From Naegleria gruberi (lineage: Eukaryota), in assembly GCA_000004985.1 (NCBI GenBank), contig GG738859.1: 64,000 nt of DNA. One strand, 5' to 3'. How positions within the stretch are numbered: position 1 is the first letter of the stretch; every line of letters starts with the position of its first letter. Below are positions 44,309-54,250 of the stretch, piece by piece. Below the pieces are notes generated by a model, which saw only the letters and a program-made list of their open reading frames with translations, was not told where the DNA came from and made no database searches. The position numbers and the translations under genes were made by a program.

Positions 44309-44326
44309 TCCTTTTGATTTTGTCTC
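44309..44326 (+). terminator. Pol III terminator T-runs downstream of tRNA-Tyr
   Basis: tccTTTTgaTTTTgtct immediately 3' of the discriminator base. Confidence 0.4.
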
Positions 44327-44666
44327 AAGTGTTTGACAACTATTTTCTTCTTTTGAGAAATACAGTGTGATTCCAATCTCTTTAAGAGAGTAATCATTGC
44401 AACCACCTTCTATTGATAGTGATTGAATAATAAATTGCTCTCTTATTGTTCACAACTTGCTTAATAGATTAATAACACTTACAAAAAGCCACAAATAACG
44501 CCAAATGAGGAAGTCTCATATTTGGACAAAAGCAGCTTGGACTGTATACAACTGTCCAGTGCATCATCAAACCAGCAAGAGCTGATAAAGTTCATCACAC
44601 AAGCTTCCAATTTTGCTGTTAACTGAACTTTTTTGAATCATTCTTAAGGCCAGTAAGAAGAAAAAA

Positions 44667-45068
44667 ATGGGTGGCAGATATAAAGTTATTTCATACAAGG
44701 AGCCTGGTGGTAATCCTTACGTTAAATCTGAAGCAGATGCTCTCCAAGTGACTCAAACCTGTTATCTTGATTCAATCAATCCAAAGGGAGCACAATACAG
44801 ATCCCAAGTTGTTGTCCATTATGACACCAAGATGGAAAAAATCCTTTACCTGCACAATAACAGTGTTGATATCAAACCAGTTGAAAAAGCAATGAAGGAA
44901 GCAAAGACTGGAAAAGATTGTTTGATTGCTCTTAAGAAAGATCTTGGTGATTTCCATGTTGTAGTCCAAGCAATCAGATTTGCTGTGACTGGCAAGATCA
45001 AGGATCCAAACGCACCTAAAAAGAGTGCAGGTGCATCTGGTGGCTTGTCTTCATTATTCAAAAAATAG
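44667..45068 (+). CDS. Hypothetical small protein (133 aa) with the codon usage of a highly expressed gene
   Basis: MGGRYKV... ORF. Markedly C/T-ending codon preference (tac, aac, atc, ggt, cca) compared with neighbouring genes. Confidence 0.45.
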   Translation: MGGRYKVISYKEPGGNPYVKSEADALQVTQTCYLDSINPKGAQYRSQVVVHYDTKMEKILYLHNNSVDIKPVEKAMKEAKTGKDCLIALKKDLGDFHVVVQAIRFAVTGKIKDPNAPKKSAGASGGLSSLFKK

Positions 45069-45380
45069 TAATTCTTCTGCATTAACTCGATTTCATTAAC
45101 TGCTTTCAATAAAAAGAAATCTAATTTTCGGTTTTGAATTACCAACGTTGAAGAGTTGATATCTGTACCCTTCTCAACTATTGCCCCAGAACAGACTTTG
45201 TTTCAGTTATTAATCCATATTCACCTATTTTTCTCTGCACAATTTCTGTTGTTATTATTCGATAACTTTTCAAAACGAAGCCTCCATTTTTTATTAATTC
45301 CAATAAATAATGTTAAGCTAATAATATTCGATTCCTCTTCTATTACATCCTTCTTTGTAACAACTCGATTTTAAATTTCC

Positions 45381-46385
45381 TTATTTCAATTTCACTAGTT
45401 TCAACTCTGGTAAATTAGATTCAGTTGTTGCTTTGGAAAACTCATAGAAATTATAGCTGGCTATAAACGGATTGCTATTAGAAGCAACGTCTATTGTTTG
45501 GTTTGGAATCTTTATACATTTTAGTTCATCTGTTAAATTGCTAAACAAATATTGTAATTGGTCAGGATTTAAAGATAAAATAGCTGGATCATCCTCCTCA
45601 TTAATTACAGTCTTGAATCCTTGCTTTGTATTTTGTAAATTAATTTGGCATAATTGAATTTTATATGGGAATAAATTATTATTATTCATATTGCTATTAA
45701 TATTATTAGCCAAATAGGTTGCCTTAATCAAGCAGGCACCTTTATCAGTCATTATAGGAATGTAGAAAAATAAAATTCCCTTCATATTATATAATTTGAA
45801 TTCACTTCCAGTTTTGGTGATTAGAGATTTAGTTTCTCTCTGATCTAAAGCAATAGTCGAAATGTTGCTATCCAAAAAATTATATTGTTTGCATTCACTT
45901 TTAACTAAATTAACACAATATCTAACTATTAATTCAATATTAATATCTGAATTTAATTGATATATATTTTCATTGCTCTCATTAATTTCTTCGGTAGTTT
46001 CAATAATTTGTAATAAATTATTCCAAACTTGTTGCTCCTCTTGAGTTAAATTATTTAATAAATATCTAGAAATTAACATTATAATAATAGGTAACGGAAT
46101 GGCTGCCATTATAGCATATAAGAATAATTTCCTTCTAAATTCCGATTTATATTTTCTATTATTTGAGGAAGAATTACTTGATCGGTAATAGGATGAGGCT
46201 TGAAATAATTGTTTGTTGCAAGTCTGATGATAATTTTGAACATTTTGATAATTGCTACTACCAACAACAAGCTTATTTCTATTGTTCAATAATATTAATT
46301 TAGTATGATTATGATGATTATTAAAAACTCCAAAATTTGAAAGTATTTTCTTTCCGAGGCTTGTGCTAGCATTAAACTTTTTCAT
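45381..46385 (-). CDS. Hypothetical single-pass membrane protein (334 aa)
   Basis: One hydrophobic helix LFLYAIMAAIPLPIIIMLISRYLL. Asn-rich N-terminus. Confidence 0.4.
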   Translation of the reverse strand: MKKFNASTSLGKKILSNFGVFNNHHNHTKLILLNNRNKLVVGSSNYQNVQNYHQTCNKQLFQASSYYRSSNSSSNNRKYKSEFRRKLFLYAIMAAIPLPIIIMLISRYLLNNLTQEEQQVWNNLLQIIETTEEINESNENIYQLNSDINIELIVRYCVNLVKSECKQYNFLDSNISTIALDQRETKSLITKTGSEFKLYNMKGILFFYIPIMTDKGACLIKATYLANNINSNMNNNNLFPYKIQLCQINLQNTKQGFKTVINEEDDPAILSLNPDQLQYLFSNLTDELKCIKIPNQTIDVASNSNPFIASYNFYEFSKATTESNLPELKLVKLK

Positions 46386-46655
46386 TTTTTATTAATACAC
46401 ATTAAATATTTAGATTTAAATATTAAATATTATTGACAAATCGTTATAACAACATCCGATGATGGTTTCCATTATTCTTCATCAAGTATCACCAAATCAA
46501 AGCCTTTACTAACTTCAAAGTACCCACCTATTATTATTATTACATTTTCCATTCACAATCGGATTGAAGGCTAAAACAAAAAAATTGGCACAAACCTGCT
46601 TCAGTTGGAAAGAAACAAAGCTTGATCATCAATACCCTCCGAAACTCTGTCAATA

Positions 46656-47210
46656 TTGAACGTTTTAGATAACCACCACAATAGAACATTGAAGATGAAT
46701 CATTTAGAGAGTGATATTGTACTGTTAGATTCTAGTAATTCTTCTCACTTTATGTGCGATAATTGTTCAACAACAACAACACGACAATACAAGTATTATG
46801 ATGATGGATTATATGAACAAGAACAAACACATTTAACATTAATACCCAATAATATTGATACATCTAATTTAACTATTGATATAACACAAACTATGATAAT
46901 ACACTCCCTTCAAAATATTAAAATTAGTAATAATAGTAGCAACGAAAGTAATAATAATAGTACATTAAAAACATCTTCCGAAGTCCCTCAAGGTGACCAA
47001 AGTAAAACAACAAAACAAAATCCACCATCCTCCACAAATCAACAAAATACCAACGAATGTACCATAATCGATCTTGAACAATCCCCAAATTTCAATGACA
47101 CTATGATAGAAGATGATGATAATTTCGAATATAATGATGAGTTGAATTTCCTGATTTCTAACTTTGATTTAAAGGATAAACAAAATAAATTTATGCCATA
47201 TATTTATTAA
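46656..47210 (+). CDS. Hypothetical low-complexity protein (184 aa)
   Basis: ORF with S/N/T-rich tracts. Weak support. Confidence 0.25.
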   Translation: MNVLDNHHNRTLKMNHLESDIVLLDSSNSSHFMCDNCSTTTTRQYKYYDDGLYEQEQTHLTLIPNNIDTSNLTIDITQTMIIHSLQNIKISNNSSNESNNNSTLKTSSEVPQGDQSKTTKQNPPSSTNQQNTNECTIIDLEQSPNFNDTMIEDDDNFEYNDELNFLISNFDLKDKQNKFMPYIY

Positions 47211-47474
47211 CTGCTAATCCTCAATGATATTGTTTCACATGTGAATGGAATAGACGTGTCATAAATCTAAGAAATATTGGTCCAAGGAAATTTTGCATTG
47301 TAAATAATTGTAAACTACAAATAAATTACGTCATAGGAATATTGAACCATGAACTGTTGCACAATTAAATGAGTTGTACAACATTTCAAGGAGAATAAAT
47401 TTAATGAGGTTTCATCTGTGAGGAGAATATTGAAATACCTCTGATCTTTGTAATCTATAAGCAAATCAAAAAAA

Positions 47475-48710
47475 ATGAAAACATTCAAATTCGACCCACA
47501 AACTCAAGAATGGAAGAGTTACTCAAAAATTGAAGAGTTCAATCAAGTTCCATCCTCATTTCTTTCAATTGATAAATTGACAAGGGAATTTGGATTGAAA
47601 ATTGGCACATTTAATGTGTTATTTGATTTGGTTCCTTTCTTTTTACAATCAATATTGAGAGCAAAAGAAAGGCATATTCATACCATTGAATTATTGAAAA
47701 GAGAAAATTTTGACATTATCATTTTGAATGAAGTTACTGGAAGATTTTTAAATTTAATTGAAAATGATGAATTTTTCAAGAGCGAATATTACTTTAGTGA
47801 TATTATGGAGAGAGATGGTGATGTGAAAAGTGAATTAACTGTGAATAAGAGCATTGGAAAGAGAATGGGAAATCTTGTCTTGTCCAAATTTGCTCCAGAT
47901 TTTACTGAAATGGAGGGTATTAATAAGAGTAGAGCTTTTATTTATAGTTCATTCACTCCTGTGGATGGAAATGGAAGAAGAATTGAAGAAGAAAGGATTG
48001 GTATTGTGGCAACCCATACAAGTGCCTTTACTCATAATGATCAAGTTAGAAAGCAAGAATTGACTAGATTGGTAAATTCTGAACTATTGAAAAATGTTAA
48101 AAATGTTGTAGTTTTAGGAGATTTAAATCTGCATGAAGAACACGAGGATAGGACAATTGAAGCAATTAATTGTAGAGATTTATGGACAGAAACTAGAAGC
48201 AATGGTCTATTTCGTGGATATACATTCGATTCTCTCAATAATTCACTCATTCAAATGCTATTTTTGAATTTTGAAAAGAGAAGAATGCGATTGGACAGAA
48301 TTATTGTAAACTCCTCAAGTTTATTAGGTTGTAATTCTAAAGTTGAGTTGTTTGGGCATGAACCAATTTCAACATATAGAAAACAAGGGTTGACCACAAC
48401 GAACCTACAAACTCCATTGTGGTTTACTTTATTGAGACAATTAGGAATTATTGATTGCAAAACAGACGACTATTTATTCTGCTCTGACCATTTCGGTCTT
48501 AAAACCTCACTAGTTCTTTGTAGCTCAGCCCAAGATTTAAAGAATCTATCTACAGAAATCAAAAATCAAGATGAAACATCAATGAATGAATACAAGGAGG
48601 ACAGTTATGAAAGTGCAAACAAATTCAAATATTCCATCAACTATTTGAGATTGACTCTCTCAATGGTTGTTTTGATTTTAATGGTTGGTTATGGAATTTC
48701 AAAACTGTAA
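47475..48710 (+). CDS. Endonuclease/exonuclease/phosphatase (EEP) family protein, TDP2-like, with a C-terminal TM anchor
   Basis: FNVLFD...IILNEV, GDLNLHEEHED (compare TDP2 GDTNLRD), RMRLDRIIVNSS (RFDRIFF), and SDHFGL at the catalytic His position. C-terminal hydrophobic LTLSMVVLILMVGYGI. Confidence 0.55.
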   Translation: MKTFKFDPQTQEWKSYSKIEEFNQVPSSFLSIDKLTREFGLKIGTFNVLFDLVPFFLQSILRAKERHIHTIELLKRENFDIIILNEVTGRFLNLIENDEFFKSEYYFSDIMERDGDVKSELTVNKSIGKRMGNLVLSKFAPDFTEMEGINKSRAFIYSSFTPVDGNGRRIEEERIGIVATHTSAFTHNDQVRKQELTRLVNSELLKNVKNVVVLGDLNLHEEHEDRTIEAINCRDLWTETRSNGLFRGYTFDSLNNSLIQMLFLNFEKRRMRLDRIIVNSSSLLGCNSKVELFGHEPISTYRKQGLTTTNLQTPLWFTLLRQLGIIDCKTDDYLFCSDHFGLKTSLVLCSSAQDLKNLSTEIKNQDETSMNEYKEDSYESANKFKYSINYLRLTLSMVVLILMVGYGISKL

Positions 48711-48713
48711 ATT

Positions 48714-50516
48714 TTATTCCTTTTTGAAAACTGTTGATTTTCTCTTTTCTCTATTCGATTTGGACCATTCCAAATACCAAGATCTGTTTGGATATAATTT
48801 TTGATTATCTCTCCATGCCTTATCATAACACTGATCATCCACACTATCTGAAAGTTGTAATTTTTTAGTTCCACCCTCAGTCAATTCATTCATTAGTTTG
48901 TCCATTTTAGTATAAATATCCTTCGTTCTCTTTTTCCAAAACATTTCCAGAATAAGATTAGAATTGTACTTGAAATTAGCATCTCCATACATGACATGCA
49001 CCAATCTGGTCATGTTATCATACATTTTATAGAAAATGTAATAAGACAATGCAAAAGCATCAATTCCATTTTCTTGCCTTGGTAATTCGTCCTGTGAAAA
49101 ATCTCCAGTGTGCATCACGTACATGTACATATCATTGAATGGATCCTTAATCGTTGTTCCAGTCATACAGAAATACCTCTTTTTCACAAACGGAAGTTTG
49201 TAATCCAATCCACTTGTAAGTAATTGGAGGGCATACATTGGTTTGTCAACTGAATTCTCTTTCAGACCTTCTTCACATGGTGGAACATATTTATGTAACT
49301 GGTAATCAGTGTGAGCTTGTGGATCAAACTTGATATGATTATCTCCATGAACCCACATTGCCCAAACATCATCAAATGAATAGGGTAAATACATGACTGA
49401 TTTGAAGAGTTGCATTCCTTTCAGTCTACTCGATGAGAATACGTATGGGGTTTTAGAACAGTATGATTGATAGAGTTTCTTATCTTGAATTAATTTCCAA
49501 TCTGGTGTATCTTCAGCCAATGTAAATCCTATTTTGTAATGAATTTTTTCAATTGAAAATTACAATATTACAAATAGTTCAATATATTAATAATATGGAA
49601 AATAAAACTTACCAAAGTAAATATGATTATCAGAAACTGTCTTATCCATCAAATCGTTTGGTTTAAATCTCAAATCAACATTGACTCCCTTTGAAGAATC
49701 AATAGCAATGGTTCTTGTGAAATTTTCACCCTTTTCTTTTAAAAAGTTCAATAAGAATTGACTTCTCACAAATCTTGGAAATTGATCCATTTTCAAATCC
49801 ATATGAACAGTCAACTCAACTTCATTAAATAATTTCTGATAATCCAACAGTTCAATAATTTCACTACAAAGTGGATACAAATTTGATTCATTGGAATCTA
49901 ATGATCCTTCCTGTGATGAATTAGATGATTCAGTATCATTAATTGAAACTGAAGATGCACTCTTTCCTAGAGTTTCCTTTTCTGATATTAATTTTGTAAA
50001 ATTTTCAAACTTTTCTTGAATTTTTTCATGTTTACCCAACAATTCTCTCTGTATATGACCAATATTTAATTCCTTCTCTGATGATGGTTTAATATAAATA
50101 TTAAATATCGAATTTGACTTGTCTGTTATACGTCTCAGTTGTTTAGTTACTTTTTTTAGTTGTGATTTCTTCTTGAAAGTTGTTGGACGAGAAAATTCTG
50201 TTATGGATGATGTGGAATCACTGTTATTTAGTGTGTCATTCTCTAGCTTGAGTATTTCCATTATTTCGGCAATGGATTTATCATATTCTTTCTTATAATA
50301 TTCCAATTCGTCTAGGAATAGGATAGTTTCATCACTTAAGCTTGTGTTTGTCAAGTATTTTCTAAAACATTCTCTGGATTCCTTTGATTCTATCATCTCT
50401 TCATAGACAACAGAATAATTACGAGGATCAAATGATGCTGTTTTTGCCGGCATGTTTGGTTTCGTCTTGTTTTTTTTATCCGAAACAAAAGAATCAATGA
50501 TATTCGTGCGGTTCAA
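48714..50516 (-). CDS. RGS-domain protein with a C-terminal globular domain of unknown family. Exons 50516..49613 and 49528..48714.
   Basis: N-terminal SRECFRKYLTNTSLSDETILFLDELEYYKKEY resembles the RGS core FxxFLxxEFSEENLxFWxACExYKK. An 84-nt intron (GTAAGT...ATAG) joins ...HIYF-G-FTLAEDTPDWK in frame. Confidence 0.5.
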
Positions 50517-50926
50517 TGATGAGGAGCTGTCTTTTTAAAGACCAGATAACAATTTGTTTCTACGATATTTGACAAAATCAAAAGTGGAACAACCAATCAT
50601 CGCAACCATTGTTTGTCATAAGTGATGAATCCTAAAGAAAGATTATTCAAAATGGTTGGTTGCACTCAGAGTCTCAAACATTTGGAATGATGGCCATTAA
50701 ATCTCATGCCTTACTATCATCATCATTAATTGACACTCATGACATTTAATTTGACCAGGAAAGATTTCTTATCTCAAGGCTTGAAATATTTCTATGAAAT
50801 CTCAGACAGACAACCTCATATTTCAATTCCTCTTAATTGTTCCTTAGCAATTGCAAGCAAGATGGTACCGCTCAAAAGTGATAAATTAAAATAAGCTTTA
50901 AAAAGAAAGAGAAAAAATGAAGAGGA

Positions 50927-51200
50927 GAAAACTAACATTTAACCAGGAAGATGGTGATACACTGAAGAGGCTCCAGAACATATTTTACGGAATTAGTGAT
51001 GATGAAAGGAAAATGGAGGCTTTGATAAAATTGTGTGAGCAAGCAACTAAAGTGAGTTGCGTATCTATTTGTAATGGAAGTCTCATTTGAAGATCAAACA
51101 GTTGGCACTGATACGTTAATAATACCAAAATCAGCACAAGAATTGGAAAATTATTTTACTGAACTTGGTAACCAAATTAACCCTTGAATAAGGATTATAT
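50927..51200 (+). CDS. Possible small two-exon gene; very uncertain
   Basis: MKRRKLTFNQEDGDTLKRLQNIFYGISDDERKMEALIKLCEQATK followed by a GTGAGT donor. I could not confirm the downstream exon in frame. Confidence 0.2.
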
Positions 51201-51933
51201 TTCTTTTCTTGTTTGGAATTTTCAAACATTAAGTTTTTAGAGCTTCAACTTCGTTTTGGAAACTTGCTCGATACAGCCAATGCTATATCAACAACTTTTT
51301 ATTGTGAATGAGATGAGTTTTGGCAATAACCATTTGAATTTTGGATGTACCTTTCCCTCACGAGTTACCATCAAGATCAACCAAATTTCTTGTTTATCTC
51401 CAAACAATCATCTGAATTAGGTATTTGGGCGGTTAAACTTAATATCTCAACCAAAAAAATGCATAGTTATGCTCTTAAAGACCGTTCTTTCACTTTAGTA
51501 ATTGAGGCACCTCGAAGAACAATTGTGAGATGGATTTATAAAACCATGTTGAAAGATTGTAGGAAGCAATGATGGTTTTGAGAAAAGCTACTCAAATTCT
51601 GTAGCAAAGTAACCTGACCTAATATTTGTCCAGCGAAATATTCAGAAGAACTCATTTCCTTCAACAATTAGTTAAATCCACTCATTTGATTATTTTCATA
51701 CACTTTAGTGTGATGTCTATTAGGTTGAAGAATTTGTTAGTAGATAAGACCTCTAGTGGAAGTTTAGCAATCCCTGTCAGGGACAGAGCATTGAACATGT
51801 TACATTCTCTTCCCTTGAAAAGATCTGAAAGAGTTGCAACATTACATTCCATAGCATGTAATTTTGAAATAGATCTGTACTTGGTTCAAGATTGCACCTT
51901 TATGAAATTAACAACCTAGAAATGTGAATAAAA

Positions 51934-53148
51934 TCATTCTTTTTTGATATTGTTGAAAAGAAAGAAACCTCCAATAGACCCCATTGTTGGTTTTTGGGGA
52001 TTTTTGTTGGGAATTTCAATTTTTTCTTCAATAGTTACAACTTGGTTTAGTTCAAAAGACTCCACAAATTCGAAAACTACATCATGATAAGAACCATTTC
52101 TAATGATTTCCTTAAATAGATGAACTTGATTTGAAGTTAAACCTCTCTTCACAAGAATGAAAATATCTTCTTGACTCGATGAAATATCGATACTGAAACA
52201 TGATCTGTCTGTTTCATATCTTTTCTTATCTGGAACTGTCAACATCTTTTCAAACTCTAATCTTTCAAATGTTGAACGAATAGAGTTTGTGAAAACTTGA
52301 CCTTCCTTTGTCAAAGCTGCAATTCCCCAGTCACCAATCTTTTCAATACTGTCGTAAATCTTATGATACATATTAAAACCGTAATATAAATCTCCTTCAT
52401 GATCCAACGCACACATATCTGATACTTGTCTGAACGAAGATTCCAAATATGAATTATTACTATCCAAATTTTTTCCATCTATAGCATGAAATATCAAGTA
52501 CATCCCATTAAAAAATAAATAATCTGCTCTATTGTATTTATCCCCAAGTTCCCTCTTAATAAGATATCGATCTCTAATGTGTTCAACCTCGTCATTACTG
52601 ACTCTTATCGAATACCAAAATCTTTGATTATTCTTGAAATGCTTTGTGAGTATTGCTACTTGCAAATCAACAATTTTAACATCGAGAATAATTTCATTAG
52701 AAGGTGGAAATTCCATTAGTTGCTCACATGAATAATCCCAATACTTGACATCAGAATATTCTCCCTCAAAAGAAACTCCAGAGGAAACAATCCTACGCTC
52801 AAATTTTGATTTTTTGATTACAAAATACGTAAAATCAATCCCACAATAAACATCTTCAATGTTCGAGAGCGGAATTTCAACCATTCGAGGGATTAGTAAA
52901 TGGCCTTCTTTTTCTTGTCTATATCCGAATGCAGTGGCGTTGTTTAATAAAAAGATGACATGCCTAGCTCCACAAACAATCTTTTTAATGCCTATTTGTT
53001 TAATTTTAGTGAAAGTTTCTTCTGATTTGAATTTGAAAAATTGGAGTGGTGAATCGGTTTGCCTTTTCCTATCTTTTGATACTTTTTTGATGAAAAGATA
53101 GGTCGAGTTCACTCCATCAAGAGAAAAAGAGGTTCTTTGAAATGACAT
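51934..53148 (-). CDS. Hypothetical protein (404 aa)
   Basis: Single ORF with non-repetitive sequence. IKKIVCGARHVIFLL is faintly RCC1-repeat-like. Confidence 0.4.
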   Translation of the reverse strand: MSFQRTSFSLDGVNSTYLFIKKVSKDRKRQTDSPLQFFKFKSEETFTKIKQIGIKKIVCGARHVIFLLNNATAFGYRQEKEGHLLIPRMVEIPLSNIEDVYCGIDFTYFVIKKSKFERRIVSSGVSFEGEYSDVKYWDYSCEQLMEFPPSNEIILDVKIVDLQVAILTKHFKNNQRFWYSIRVSNDEVEHIRDRYLIKRELGDKYNRADYLFFNGMYLIFHAIDGKNLDSNNSYLESSFRQVSDMCALDHEGDLYYGFNMYHKIYDSIEKIGDWGIAALTKEGQVFTNSIRSTFERLEFEKMLTVPDKKRYETDRSCFSIDISSSQEDIFILVKRGLTSNQVHLFKEIIRNGSYHDVVFEFVESFELNQVVTIEEKIEIPNKNPQKPTMGSIGGFFLFNNIKKE

Positions 53149-53313
53149 TTTTTTGATTCAAAATTAATAATAAAAAGTATTTTGTAACAAGTTCAGTATG
53201 CCTTGAAGAATTATCTCTGTCACCATTCAATTTTCCTCTCAAAGAATATAGACATTCTTTTGGATAGAAATTTCTTCAGTTCCTGTTTGAGGACTGGAAA
53301 TCCAAATATTTAT

Positions 53314-53976
53314 TTATTTCTTCTTTTTCTTATCGACATACATATCTTTGAAATCATCAATGTGTGCAGTAATGTCAATTTGCTTTCCCTGTTTCAGCAT
53401 TTCACACAGAATTCTAGCAATATTTTTACAATCATCAATACCACTATGATGTTTGCCAATTAATTCCAATTTCATATGGTTTAGCATATCAGTCATTCCA
53501 TGGACATGTTTCGAATAAATTTCAGTATACTTTTTCTTAATATTGACCCAACTTGAAAAGTATGAAGGAACCTTGATATTTTCCTTTCTACATTGTTTAG
53601 TGATCATGGTTTTTAAATCCCAATCACCACACGTTACAAATGCAAAGGTCAAATTTTTAGAAATGAAATTATCCATCATCCATTGATTGTGAAATTTCAA
53701 TACATCTTCAAATTCAACTCCATTATCAATCCAATCTTGTTGAATACCAGTCAATTCTTTACAAAAATCAGTCAAAATTGGATTAGCCTTTGGTTTAACA
53801 TAATAATGAAATTCATGATCAATTTTTACAGTTTTAGCATTGATGGCCACAGTTGGAAATTCAATAATTTCATTCCTAAAGTTTTTAATCTTATCATCAC
53901 AAGAGGCTTCAAAATCTAACACGAGAAAGTAATCAAATTTTTGCTCTGTTGTATTATTATTATCGGAGGAAGACAT
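53314..53976 (-). CDS. ERI1: ERI1/3'hExo-like DEDDh 3'-5' exoribonuclease
   Basis: FDYFLVLDFEASC...EIIEFPTVAI matches ERI1 YDYICIIDFEATC...EIIEFPVVLL. ...HSGIDDCKNIARIL matches HCGLDDSKNIARIA. TCGDWD matches TDGSWD. Confidence 0.8.
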   Translation of the reverse strand: MSSSDNNNTTEQKFDYFLVLDFEASCDDKIKNFRNEIIEFPTVAINAKTVKIDHEFHYYVKPKANPILTDFCKELTGIQQDWIDNGVEFEDVLKFHNQWMMDNFISKNLTFAFVTCGDWDLKTMITKQCRKENIKVPSYFSSWVNIKKKYTEIYSKHVHGMTDMLNHMKLELIGKHHSGIDDCKNIARILCEMLKQGKQIDITAHIDDFKDMYVDKKKKK

Positions 53977-54250
53977 TTTCCACTAGTGGGCGATGAAACT
54001 TTATAATTTAATATTTTTTTTTGATTTTGAAAATAGTTCCTGCTTCAGGTTCACTTCCGAAGCATTAAATTATTAATAGATTCAAACGTGAACTTGAAGC
54101 AGATTACAAAAATAATATTGTAATTGTCATTTACAATATTTTCAAAATTTTATTCTTCAATAAAACAATGACTTGTCAAAGTTTCCTTCCTATGGATCAA
54201 TCCTCATCAAGAATTAAATAATATTTAAATAATAATAATAATTAAAAAAA

